From Trichodelitschia bisporula (Eukaryota), in assembly GCA_010356995.1 (NCBI GenBank), contig ML996703.1, positions 310,001-374,000 on the forward strand: a stretch of DNA of 64,000 bases. The letters are read 5' to 3'. A program made the translations under genes and the position numbers. Below are positions 25,142 through 37,703 of the stretch, one piece after another. How positions within the stretch are numbered: the stretch's first letter is position 1; every line of letters begins with the position of its first letter. Under the pieces are notes generated by a model. It saw only the letters and a list, made by a program, of their open reading frames with translations, did no database searches and was not told the DNA's origin.

Positions 25142-27515
25142 GTTCGAAGCAAGGTCGGTAAACTTCCTACGTATGGATCTGTATGCTGACAGTGAGGGTG
25201 GCGATAACCTAGATGCAGAGTGATGATGTTGGGAGAAGATGCAGATGAGGAGATGGGTTAAGAAGACTTGGGGGTGGATGTGAAGGGCCCATGTTGCGTA
25301 GATGAAGGAAGGAGAATGAGAGGGTCAGCGCTTGTGCTTCCTGATGGTAGAGGAGGCAAGAACGACAGACGACGAACTGTCCCTTCCATTGTTACACGCT
25401 GCTTGACAGCTGTATTGAGCTTGCCGTGGTGATGCGGGCTGAGAAAATGATGGGCAATGGCATGCCGCAGACATCGTGGTGCCCGGTCCATCGGCTTTAC
25501 AGTCCTCCGAAATCGCGGTTGGCCGGTTTGATCGAGACATGCTACGGTGTAGTTCGTGACCATATATAGCGTGGGGTAAGGCTGGCAACTCCGAACTCGG
25601 AATGCTCGAGCGGTACTCACTCATCAAAGCATTTAGGAAGTAACCCGTTTTGGATTCTGCAGCCTCAGTGAAGTAGATGGAAGCGCTAAATCGGCTCCAG
25701 CCCTGTAACCGCACTGATGGAGAGTGCTCGAGGGCGCCGAGGAGGTCGTCGAGCCTGCCCTGGTAGATGCGGCCCGACAAGGCGGATGACATCCTGGCAT
25801 ATAGATGAAGATAATCTCGCTAGTCACATTGCCGGGATGCAAACGGGTGGTCTAATCGCAGATTGTCAACAACAGCCCTTCCAACCTCCGGCGTTCTCGT
25901 TTTCCTGCTTCCAATTGTCGTCAGCTGCAAATGAGCCACGAGGCTAGCTGACGATACCCCGCACAGTACGCTATGAGGGGGGAGGAGCAAGGATGTGACT
26001 CCCTCCACACCCTCCTTCAGGGCTACGGAGACATGTGATCATCCAACGCTGCGGCAGCGGCTGCACGGCGTGCACTACGGTGCTGTCGACATTCTCGGTA
26101 TCACCATGGCTTTCTTTTTACGGGATGCGAGGCAATGGGAGGCGAGTGAGGCCCTCGGGGGGCTGCCGGGAGAACATTCGGCGCCGCCAACGAGCAAGTC
26201 ATCGCCATATTGCCTGCAGCGGGGCCGAGAAAGAGGCATCTGCAGATTGACCGCCAATTGGACAGGGCCACTCTATGCAGAGAGAGGTGCAGACGAGCGT
26301 TGCAGAGTGGCGTATGGCGGAGCACCGGGGGGCATGGCAGTGTGGCAGTTGAGGGCTAAGGAAGGAGAAGCGGAGGATTGGCTGTCAAGCAGAGACGCTT
26401 GAAGCGCTTGAACGAATCTGCCCTACGTTCTCTTCCTTAACCGCCGATGCAGTTGGTGCCAATCAGTTGTTGTAGCAGGCCAGTCGCGGTGGTGAGAGAG
26501 AGCAAGCTTCATCAACGTTTGAGCTTATTGCTTGGCGCGTAATGGCGTAGACTGAAGCGATTGAGGGAGAGAGAAGCTGGGGGAGGTGGGAAACAACAAC
26601 ATGATACGATGCCTCTGGCAGAGATGAAGGGGTTGGGATAGGATGGGAGAGAGGATGCAGAAGCAAACGCCCGGCTCCATGTCCAATAGACGCGATGGAT
26701 TGATGACCTTTGAGCGCCCGAAACTCAGCAAAAGAGAAAGAAGTTCCGCGCTCCGGCCCGCCAGTGCTGCTTGCCAGTTGCCTCGCATATCGTCCCGCGT
26801 TGCCGCGAGTCGTTGCTGCTTCTCGTTCCCGTTTGTCGACACCATCAACTCACCTTTCTTGTCCTCCGTCTCTCTTCCTCTCTCTTTATCGACTCTTTCC
26901 CTACATCTCAATCAGCAGTATTTGTTGAAGTCTGCAAAATTATAGTTGCTGTACTTTTCGTCTTAATAATTAGCGTGTGCGGTTCGTGGGCCGTAGCTTC
27001 TCATCACCTCCTCAACAGCATCACCCCGCCTGCCGCCTGGACTGGTATCTCATCCCACCTCCCTCGACCGCTCCTCTCTTTGATTGCTACGTTGCTCGTC
27101 CTGGGCAAATACCCAACCCAGCCCATCATCACCGTTAAGAGCGACAATCGTCTCTCGAGGTCTTATATTGCAGTCTGCAATTCTGCATAGCCAGTCACAA
27201 CTTGTTTTGTCTATTACGTCGAGTGTCTGCTATTCCGACAACCTACAGCTTTGTGCTGCAGTGGGCCGTGCTACATCGCTGCTATCCGCCCCCAGCAATT
27301 CCCCCAAACACCGACACCACCAAACTTCCCCGACGACCGCGACAAGCTATCGGTAAGCAGAAGCTCTCCCGGTGCATCCTACCGACGTAGACCATCTCAT
27401 TATCGCATTTGCCTAACCATTTGTAACTGCAGAGTCTGTTCCCACTACATCGCACGACTCGCACCAGCTCCCGCACCCGTACCCGCACTCCGCAACTCTT
27501 CTCACATCTTTCGCC

Positions 27516-28379
27516 ATGGCTGCCGCGCCTGCCACACAGTCGCTGAAGGTAGGACAGCGCCATCTCGGCATGTGATGTGCAGCGCAGTGCTGATGCTGTC
27601 ATTCTAGTGCGTGGTTACTGGCGACGGCGCTGTCGGCAAGGTACTTTCGTCGCAAGTGAATGATTGGGACCGTGCTGATCGTCGGACTAGACCTGCTTAC
27701 TGATTTCGTACACCACCAACGCGTTCCCTGGAGAGTATATACCTACTGTGTATGCACACTTCCTCCCGCGCACTGTTTGCCCCCTGCGCTAACACAAACA
27801 GCTTTGACAACTACTCCGCGAACGTCACCGTCGATGGCCGGCCCATAAGCCTCGGACTTTGGGACACGGCTGGCCAAGAGGACTACGACCGGCTGCGGCC
27901 TCTATCATACCCGCAGACAGATGTCTTTCTCATCTGCTTCTCCATTGTGAGCCGCGCATCATTCGACAATGTCAAGGCCAAGGTTCGTTCACCGCAAGTC
28001 TGCAAGACAGCGCTGATTAGACCAGTGGGCGCCGGAGATCGAGCATCACGCGCCAGGCGTCCCAATTATCCTCGTCGGAACAAAGCTCGACTTGCGCGAT
28101 GATGAAAACACCATCGAAAGCATGAAGAAGATGCGGACGAAGCCTGTCTCGTACCAAGAAGGTGTCGAAGTCAGCAAGCAGATCCGCGCGCATATGTACC
28201 TGGAGTGCTCTGCGCTTACACAGCGCAACCTGAAGCTCGTTTTTGACGAGGCCATCAGGTACGACCATTTTCTGCTTCGCAAGCCGTTGTCTGACCGCTA
28301 ACTCTTCAATAGAGCTGTCCTCAGCCCCCGACCGCAAAAAGGGCCGACCTCGAAGCGGCCGAAGTGCACGATTCTCTGA
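27516..28379 (+). CDS. RAC1: Rho-family GTPase Rac; 6 coding exons, plus a probable 5'UTR intron near 27353-27432
   Basis: [54 protein letters not shown] and CAAX end KCTIL. Confidence 0.95.
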
Positions 28380-29003
28380 TTACGCGCTCACAATTGATCG
28401 TTATAACATAGAGCGGAGGGCAGGATCGTGATGGGCCAAGTCATCTACGGGCGTGCGGTGTTAGGGACGCTGAGGACCTGCTGAGCGTGCTGCTATAGTT
28501 CGAGCATTGAAGGGCTCCGGGTGCATGTCCCGCGCATCCCCTCACCGCCAGCAGCACCCCCAAGCTTGCTTTGTTTTAACGTGCAATGGGGGTCTTTCTT
28601 TGGGGGAGGGGAACCGTTTTTCCGCGCTCACTTTAATGACGTTAGCGAATATCTGGGTGCTTTTTATCGTGTCTCAATTTGTAGATAGCAGGCTGAGGTT
28701 CAATCCCGACTTTGCCTTAATGGATGGTTGTGAGTGAGCGTAGCGTTTGGCTGTGCTGGTGACAGGAATGAGCTTTTCGCTAGTTGCGATCTTTCATCTC
28801 TTGAACTGCAGCTCTTGATCTTTATCCCTTAAACTGACTCTTGAGCTGCTTTGCTGCTGTGCCACAGTAGAGGAGGTGAATGCAGGGATCCGTGGCTGTG
28901 TACGCACGCCGCTGGCCGCGCGTTTGATGACCTCAACCCCAACTTCACATGTTCGACTTCTCCACGTCTCCACTTCCTCACTACTCACACACCTCCGTCC
29001 ACC

Positions 29004-30629
29004 ATGTTCCACGAAGGTGACCTGCAGTCGGGCATTGCTCTTGCAGTGCAGACATCTAAGGCCGTCTTGTGCTTCGTTACCGGTAAGCCTGGCGAGCTCG
29101 CGATCTCACAATCCCCATGCTTGTACCGACGACTGACACCTGGCAACCAGATTCCTCCCCCACAAGCACCACCTGGGAATCAGACTGGCTCCAAGCCCCC
29201 GAGGCAAGCTGCCCATCCGCTCCGTCTTCCACCCGTCTAACCCACACAGCTCGCATCCCTCCTCACTGAAACGGCCATAGCGCTGCGCATCCAAGCAAAC
29301 ACACAAGAGGCCCTCTTTCTCGCCCTCGCGGCGCACTGTGCCTTGGGCGAAGGTCCTTCTATCGCTATAATTCTGTATGTAGCCCGTGGGCTTGGCTGAG
29401 CGCTACTAATGTGTGCCAGGAACGGCCAGCTGCGCGAGCACATCCAAGCCAATGCCTCCCGCGACGAGTTCTTCGATAGAGTCAAGGCCGCCCTGGGCGA
29501 TGCACCTAAGGCGCCCGTGAGCGAGACTACCACGACCGGACGAACAGTCGAGCGCACCGGCATCATGGACCCATCCCTCGAAGCCCCGACCCCCAGCGCC
29601 CTCCCCACCCCCGCGCCCGCACCCTCCCCTCCAGCCCAAACGACCCGACCCCCCGCGCCCATCCTCTCAACCTCCCAACCCGCCGCCCGACCTCCTCCCC
29701 CTCAACCCAGCAACCCTGCCCGTCGGGCCCCTCCCCCCCCAGACCCTATCCGCGCCGAACGCGCCGCCCGCCTCGCCGCCTCCGCCGCCGCGCGACAAGA
29801 TCCTACCGCTCCCCCGCCCCCCGGACCTAATAACCCCCAACCCTCGGATTCAACAGCCTGGGCCGTGACGCAGCGCCAGCGGCTGGCGGATGCGCGGCGC
29901 GAGCGGGATAGGGTGCTGGCGCAGATTGAGGCGGATAAGGCGGAACGGAGGGCTAGGGCTGCAGCGAGGAGGGAGGGGGAGGGGGGTGTCAAGAGTGAGG
30001 CTATTCCGCTGAAGGGGAAGAAGGAGGAGGGGAAGGGGGCGAAGGTGCATTTACTGGTTCGATTGCCGGAGGGGGGTGTGCTAAGGGGTGCTTTTGACCC
30101 TGAGGCGACTCTGGGGGGGGAGGTTAGGGGGTGGATTGGGGGGCAGGGCGTGGATGGTGCGTACAATTTTCGGTTGTTGCTTCCGCCGCAGCCGGCGAGG
30201 AGGATTGAGGTGGCTGAGGAGGGGGTGCCGTTGAGGGAACTGGGTGCCCTGCCGAGTGCGACGCTGGTGCTTGTTCCTGTGAGGCGGGCGGTGGGGGTGG
30301 GTAATGGGGCGATGGGGGGGGTGTGGGCTTTCCTGATGGCGATCTGGATGTGGCTTTTGGGGGTGTTGGGGGGGGTGGGTGGTGCTCTAGGGCTTGGGGG
30401 AGCGGGGAGGGGTGGGGAGGGTATGAGGGGGGAAGAGGGTGTGGGCGAGAGTAGTGCACGTGAGGCGGCGCCGGGTGCGGGTGCGAGGATACGCGTGAGA
30501 ACGCTGGCGGATCAGAGGGCTGAGGGGGGGGAGGAGGCGCAGAGGTGGTATAATGGAAATCAGTTGAGTACGGAGCCGAGGAAGAAGGGCGAGGGGAAGG
30601 GCGAGGGGGAGGGGAAGGAGGAGGAATAG
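29004..30629 (+). CDS. UBX-domain protein (Ubx7/UBXN4-like) with C-terminal hydrophobic hairpin; 4 exons
   Basis: MFHEGDLQSGIALA start, IEADKAERR coil, LLVRLPEG..LPSATLVLVP UBX domain, WYNGNQL tail. Confidence 0.85.
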
Positions 30630-31119
30630 GGGAGAGGGAGAGGGTCTGATGTATGATTAGGAGGAGGAAATGGATGACGTTTCTTGTCACTGGCGCGATG
30701 TGTGTGAGCTACCGAGTAATAGCCTGAGGTATTATGCACGTAGTTGAGTGGTGAAAGGTACGCCATGGCTCGCACACGGCACCTTTACTACCACCTGCAG
30801 TACTACCCAAACACGCCTCTGGGACCCAGCTCCATACCTCCCCGGATCCTCCGCGCCGGCACACACACCCGGACCTGCATCTGACAACGGCCCGTACATA
30901 CCAGAATGCCAACCCGCGACCGGACGGACGACTTGTTGAGCAACCCGGCCCGATAATCGCAACCTAGTCCCAGGCGAGCGGTGCCGGCGCGGTTGCCGCT
31001 TCGTGGGAGGCAGTGAAACCTTCAGCCTTGCTCCTGACGTGTACCTTTTGTTCTTTGTCTTTGACGCCGAGACCATTCACTAGTGCCAGGCACGGGTTGC
31101 GTTTGTAGCTTTCTACGCT

Positions 31120-31509
31120 GCAACTCCGACATGAAAGCGAAGAAATCGGAGTCGCTACAAAGAGCTCGAGGTCTTGATTCGAACCGTGCCGTCTTTTTTG
31201 AAGTATTCCGTGATCTGCAGAGCAGCTAATGCGCGACAGCGCACGCACCTGAAGAGCATCGCGAAGATGGTCGAGCATAGACGCTATGCAAAGACTCGAG
31301 CGAAGTCCCTAGAATCCTCCATCTGCTCGGGTTTCTTACATAGGTTAGCGTCTATGCTTGTCCATGTTCGCAATGTTTTTCATGTGGCTGCGCTGTCGCG
31401 AATCAGGTGCTCGGCAGATCAAGGACCGGTTCAAGAGCGGTATGGTTCAAACTGTACGTTCGAGCTCTTTTCAATGGTTCCAACTTCGTTGTTTTGATGT
31501 CGGGGTTGC
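31120..31509. repeat. Long imperfect inverted repeat / predicted hairpin (arms about 180 nt, loop about 31302-31324)
   Basis: AGCATAGACGCTA (31274-31286) is complementary to 31346-31358 and pairing runs along both arms; opposite-strand ORFs give near-identical peptides (ALSRISCSADHG vs ALSRIRCSADQG). Confidence 0.92.
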
Positions 31510-31830
31510 CGCACAGGTGATGCCATACAAGATTCCCTTAGCGAACCTATCCAGACTATGATCAGTTCTGAAACGCTGGAAAAGATATAGCACTGAACCT
31601 CGGAGGGAGTGATCCTAGATGAAGTTAATGAGATAGTGGTGAAGAATCTGTTTGGTGACACAGCCGAGACGTCATCGCCGAGACATGCCAGATCTCGCAA
31701 GCAACGGTACCCGCCGCGCCAAGCAACTAAACGCCGAGTCGCCGTGAACGCCATCTCCAGCTCGACATTGAACACCGCAACAGTTCCCGCTAATCCCAGC
31801 ATCAGCGACTTCAAAGCGGCAGGCGCTTCA

Positions 31831-33304
31831 ATGCCGCCCTACGACGGCTCTCCGGCCAAGGCGCACAAGTCCGTCGTTACGCAGACGCTCGATCCGTCGC
31901 GTCTCGCCCCGGAGGATGCTTTCTACGCGCATTCCCCTCCGCGACGCCAACGCGCCCGCAGCCCGCTTGGTCTGGATGGTGCGGCGAGGGGCGACAAGAG
32001 TGAGGTTACGAGGAGACTGTCTGAGCGCAGAAGTTCGGGCAGGAGGAGGAAGAGCCAGTGGAGGAAGTTACTTTGGGTGAAGCAGAGCTGTGAGTTACGC
32101 TGGTGCCGAGGGAGGGACGTGCTCATGGATATAGATCCCGACAACTATACCGATGAATATACGTTCCTTGAACAGCTGCAACGCAACCCGCAGCTACGAC
32201 CGTACGAGTTCTGGCGGCTCGTGGCGGACTCCACTGCAATCGTCCAACACGTGTGCAGTGTTGCCATCTTCATCTGCTGCTTTACCGGAATATTCCAGGA
32301 GCGTGTCAGTCCACTCGTCATTGTTACCTGGGGAACAACTGGCACGGTTCTGGGCTGGGGCCTCTGGGACTCCTGGGTGACAAAGGCGGACGAGAAAGAA
32401 GCCGCAGCAAAGGCAGAAGAAGTGGCCAGACGAGTCACGGAAGGGGAAGACGACGACTCGATATCCGACAGCGGGTTGATAATGAAGGAGCGGAAAACTC
32501 CGAGTCTTGAACTTACGCGAAGCCCATCGGAAGAGCCGGCGCGCAATGGCCACGCTGTCCCAACGTCTCCCAATGGTGCCACCTTTCCTATATCTCCTTC
32601 CGCGGACAACTCGTCCGACGGATTCGCAACTCATGAGTACGACTCCATGGACGAAGACCATCTCCCGTGGGTACCTTCGCGGGCACAGCAGCGGCTGGCG
32701 ACTATTAAGTCCGCTCTTCTCATCTACTCCGCATTACTCGGGCTCAGCCCCATCCTCAAGTCTCTCACCAAATCGACGACCAGCGACTCGATCTGGGCGA
32801 TGAGTTGCTGGCTTTTGTGTATAAATATTTTCTTCTTTGATTACAGCAGCGGCGCTGGCGCAAAGTATGTGTATTCGCCTCTAGATGACAAACACTAATG
32901 GTCAAAGATTCCCTGCCTCTCTATCGACCAACGCTGCCCTAATGGCCTCAACGGTTCTCGCATCGCGGCTCACGTCGACCACGCATGTCTTTTCCCTCAC
33001 TCTCTTCTCCATTGAGGTCTTCGGCCTCTTCCCCGTGTTTCGGCGCCACCTCCGCCACGTGTCCTGGTCCGGCCACATTATGCTCACAATACTACTCGTC
33101 ATGGGCGCCGGCGCCGGCGTTGGCGTGACCGTAAGCGGAGGGGGGTGGAAAGCCGCCATCGTTGGCTGCGTGCTCGGGAGCATCCTCATGGTCCTGGCCA
33201 TGGGAATATGCAGCATGTGGCTGATCGGACTGCAAAAGTACAAGAACGAAATCCACGGGCCCTGGGATCCCGCGAGACCGATAATAAGACGACGCTGGGA
33301 CTGA
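31831..33304 (+). CDS. GPI2: GPI-GlcNAc transferase subunit PIG-C/Gpi2; 3 exons
   Basis: WRKLLWVKQSYPDNYTD, LSPILKSLTKSTTSDSIW, LSTNAALMASTVLASRL, YKNEIHGPWD. Confidence 0.95.
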
Positions 33305-33333
33305 GGCGCCGGTGGCATTGTATTTTGCAATAA

Positions 33334-34353
33334 TTACATGTACGGAAACTCGCCGTCTGGCCACCTTTGCTGGTACTCGGTCAACGTGCTCCACCCGCTC
33401 CGCGTAAGCCCGCCCCGCTCTCCAGCCTCGTTATTTTGCGCTCGCCGGAAGTCTCTCCTGAATGCACGCCCGCTAACCACCTTCAAGCTGGCCGAAGGTC
33501 CCTCGGTTCCCCAGCAAACCATCATATCGTCGGGTTCCCCCTCGATGCATCCGGCCATCCATGTCAACAGGCCTGCCAACTTGGTAATCTCCATGACGCC
33601 AGTCAAGATCACCGGCCCCCATTTCTTCAAGTACTCCTCTTTCTTCCCCATCAGTAACCGGCTGCCATCTCCACCCCACACAACCACTGTTTCCAACCCA
33701 GACACACCCTCCAGGATCCTTTTCACGACAGACACGTTCCCTGTAGACGGAGACGGGAAGCGCCAGGCCAGTAGATTGATCCGCAGCACGCGTAAACCCG
33801 GTACGTCGGTGGTCAACCGCGTGGGAACTTCAAGCCCCTCTTTGGCAAACGGCCAGTACAAGGCGGATGCGAAGCTAGGCACATTTTTGCAGATGTAGGA
33901 TTCCCAGCTCGGGGCTGTGGCGTAACATGTGTAGGTCATGTTGTCCAGTTCGCGGAGGTCGAGTTCGACGTCCCTGATTAGTGCCGCGGCGGCGGGACGG
34001 TGCTTGAAAAAGAGGTGTGCGTGCTTGGCCAGCGTGAAGCTGAAGGTATTGCCGTAGAGGACGTCGATGGGGTGTTCGGAGTGGATGCGGCGGCATGTTC
34101 GGAGGAGGGCGGTTGAGAGGTGGGGGATATAGCGGCTGGATGGTCGGGAGGCGTCTGAGTAGGGGGAGGGGTCGACGATTTGGGACGGGGTGGAGAGAAC
34201 CAGCTCATAGATTATGTTGCGGAGCTCCGCGGGGAGGCGGAAGAAGATGGATGAGTCCTGGCTATTGACTTCATGGGTCGTGGCGGAGTCGACCGCTTCG
34301 ATGTTGGGGATAACAAGGGCTGAAGTCTGCGTGATGGTCCGGGTTAAGGACAT
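33334..34353 (-). CDS. Hypothetical fungal protein with N-terminal F-box-like motif
   Basis: Intact 339-aa ORF; FFRLPAELRNIIYELVL and LLRTCRRIHSE..LY..F.F motifs typical of this broad fungal group. Confidence 0.7.
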   Translation of the reverse strand: MSLTRTITQTSALVIPNIEAVDSATTHEVNSQDSSIFFRLPAELRNIIYELVLSTPSQIVDPSPYSDASRPSSRYIPHLSTALLRTCRRIHSEHPIDVLYGNTFSFTLAKHAHLFFKHRPAAAALIRDVELDLRELDNMTYTCYATAPSWESYICKNVPSFASALYWPFAKEGLEVPTRLTTDVPGLRVLRINLLAWRFPSPSTGNVSVVKRILEGVSGLETVVVWGGDGSRLLMGKKEEYLKKWGPVILTGVMEITKLAGLLTWMAGCIEGEPDDMMVCWGTEGPSASLKVVSGRAFRRDFRRAQNNEAGERGGLTRSGWSTLTEYQQRWPDGEFPYM

Positions 34354-36431
34354 GGTGGAAATCTGTGGAGACAGAATCCACGTGGGGAAGGCATGATTTT
34401 ATTCATATCTCAGCTAGCCATTCCTATCCACTCTCGGCGTGCAGTAAGCCGGCATCCTCAAGACCTATCTCTAGAACTAGGTGCTGTTGGTGGCTGATAC
34501 TAAAGATACCATACAGACCTGTGGCGTGTTGGTTGGAGTGTTGGACGATTTGGCTAGGAAAAAGCAACGGGTTTTGGGCTGAAAACCCCAGCCAGGCTGA
34601 GCCTGCGGAGTGAGTGTCAGCTTCTGACCAAGCGGTATTCCGTTAGTCAGGACTTCGAGATATAGGTAAGAGGTTGCATTGTCGAACGTCGTGATTAGTC
34701 TTTTTGCTGACGCCGGCCGTGAAGCCGCGGTTGCTTAGGGGTGGCAGGGCGGCATTGAAATGTCTACAATCGCCTAAACGCCGATCGGCATGCCGACCGG
34801 GGGGCGGCATTCTGCAGGGTCCCAGCAGATGCGGCTGTTGGCATTGAACTGCTGGACCAATCCGACTACTGCGATATCGTATTTGCCGGATTTGAGTCCT
34901 CTGAGCTGGTGATACCGGATCGCATGATGAAGCCGGCGAACGGGCGCTTTGGTGGACCGCTGAAGGCTTTCGAGGAGTTTCAACACGTCTCTCGCAGGAG
35001 GGCTCTTTGCACAAGCCCCCTCCTATCTTTGGGCTGTCTTCTGCTAATCATTCGTGTCTGACTGTTGGATGGATTGCCGCGGATCCAACTCGGATGGCTT
35101 CAAGCGCAAGTCGCAGCGCTGACAGTTGCCGATGGATAGTAATCCTACAGCTGTAAAGCAAGCTGCCGGCGTTTCAACATACTAAGATGCGGTCAAGGGC
35201 CGTGCCGGCTTCCCGACGCCAGCTAGCCACAACCGTCGCCCTAATTCTTGCCGCAGCATCATCGGCAAACTGTAATTCGACCTCCGAGCTCTATTCCCCT
35301 CCTGTTTTATCAGTCGCTGGTTGAGTTGTACAAGCTCGCTGGGTTGCCGGGGCCACTTTGCTCTTGTCCTAAGGGCCCACATGGCGTTCAAGTCATAGCT
35401 TCTCAACATCAAACCCGCCGTCGAGCTTTGGCATAGCTTTGCAGCTAATGTGCCGCGTAGGACCAGTAGCGCCATCGTGGTTAGATTGAGCCGGCCTCTC
35501 CGCCGCTTGGACTCGCCTCAGATCTGGTCAGCGCCAGATGCCCTGAGATCCAGATAATGCTGGAAACTAGGCCGGGCAGTTCTTCAAACAACGCCCTATC
35601 TCATCGAAGAATAGGGATGAACAATATGCTTTCCCGTTGGTATCAGCGCCAAAAAGTCACGCACAGACGTCGTTCACAACATCGTGCACGAGATGTGCGG
35701 AATAAGGTGCCGGAGTCGACGTCACGTCATCTGAATCGCCCAGCTCCACGCTATTAAGTATGTCTTATGGCGCTTACTATCCAAAATTACTTGTCCTATC
35801 CGTTCCATCTCTTCTTTATATCCTCCACGGGCCACCGCCACCAGGGCCACGCACTCCTGCAGAGATCAACCTTCCAGAATCTCCGTCGCCGCGAGATTAA
35901 TAAGTTGAGGAGGATAATCTCCGCACCCGGGCTTCCCTCCTGGCTAGTAAATGCTCTATAGACCCTTTGTACCGCCAATCAATTAACGTTGCCTGTAGTT
36001 GTGAACCACTCTCCCGCCTTGCACCAAATACCAGCCACTGAGCGTCCTGCCATCGAGTGACCCCCATTGCAATATAGCCCACCCCAGATCATAGCGCAGG
36101 AGCTGAGCCATGCACCGCGGGGCGAGTCCACAGCCATTAGCGTTGAATCGGCGGTCGCTTCGTTTCATACATACACTCCCCAAGGACCGGGGTCAAACGC
36201 ACCCGCACACCTCAGCGGGCAGCACATCATGTGAAACAGCGGAACTTGGGACACGCTGCGGGAGCCGTAGCCGCTTTTTATCGGACCCAGTTCCCCTGGA
36301 TCTCCGCCGCCTGGGTACGCCGCAGTGAAGATCGATCCACGTCCTACCATATATATATACGGCGCGGAGAGCGGATTCGAAGACGAGAACGAAGAACGAA
36401 GAAAGCAGCCCATACAGGGTCCGAGGCTACC

Positions 36432-37703
36432 ATGCCCGCCAAACGGGCGCACAAGAAAAGTCGTAACGGCTGCGGCATTTGTCGTGCCCGCCGCGTCAAG
36501 GTGAGTTTTCAGCACTGCGTCCCCGCTCTCGTTCAGCCTTGCTCATGCCAGCAGTGCGATGAAGTCCACCCCGAGTGCGGACCATGCCGCAAGCACGAGG
36601 TGCGGTGTAACTACGACCGCAGCGTCTTCGTGTCGGCGCGCTCGTCCAGTCAAGGGCAGAGCAGCACCACGAGCTCGAAATCCTACCAACTGTCACCATG
36701 CAGCGAATCCTCACCCATGGGCTTCCTCGACCCGCCGCCCCCCGCCTTCGGCCAGCCCTCCAGCCGCATGCTCGACCTACAGCTCATGAACCACTACACC
36801 TACATGCACCTCATGGGCAGCTGCAAGCACGATCCACGAGTCCGCAAAATGTGGGCCTACGACGTAGTGCAGCGCGCCGTCGGGTGCGACTTCCTCATGA
36901 GCGCCATCCTGTCCTTTTCCTCCATGCACCTGCACATCAACAACCCTTCCGACCGTAAAATGGGCCTGGTGAGCCATTACTACTTCGGCACCAGCCTGCG
37001 GCTTCTCACAGAACAGCTCTCTACTATCGGCCCGCATAATGCAGACCAGGCCTTTGCCGCAAGTATCATGATCCAGTTCCAGACGTTTATGAGCTGGAAG
37101 GATCCGTGTACGCGGCATATGGGCCCGTATGCGCCGCCTGTGCATTGGCTTGAAATGTGCCAGGGTGTGGGCTCGATTCTGCGCACGGCGGCTCAGTGCG
37201 TTGTCAACTCTGTCATGAAGCCGCTGCTCGATGCCAGTCCGGCCGCACTACCCCGCGGTGCGGGCCCGGTGTCCCCGGGCTTCGTCGACGAGGTGGAGAG
37301 CTACTGCCCCGATTTCGCGCGCTTCGGCGAATTCCTCACCGCGGACGCAGCCTCCGAGTCGCCCGACCCGGCGACCGCGGTGGTGCGGGATGTGTTCGAC
37401 ATCATCCACACGCTGTACATCGCGCACGAAGCCGGACAAAACCCAATCGCAACACGACGCCGACTTCTCACATTCCCCAACGCGCTGGATCCGCGGTTTA
37501 TAGAACTTTTGAGGGCGTGTGACCCCAGGGCTATGATTACGCTCGCGCATTACTTTGCGATTATGAAGAAGGCGGATGGGATTTGGTGGTTTATGGGCCG
37601 GCCGGAGTATGAGATTGAGGGGGTTTGGGGGTTGTTGGATGAGAAGTGGAAGCAGTACCTGAGTTGGCCGAGAAAGCTGGTTGCGGGGGGTGGGGGGTTG
37701 TGA
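36432..37703 (+). CDS. Zn(II)2Cys6 transcription factor (Upc2-like group); intron 36501-36554
   Basis: [35 protein letters not shown] after splicing; DLQLMNHY and [14 protein letters not shown] motifs; TATA-like TATATATA near 36350. Confidence 0.93.
   Translation: [423 protein letters not shown]

Noticed and set aside
31609..31830. GTG-initiated N-terminal extension of GPI2, and similar upstream extensions given for CMS1, SED5, the PA-RING and Zn2Cys6 genes
   Set aside because: Open frames through GC-rich leaders; downstream AUGs fit the expected protein starts better
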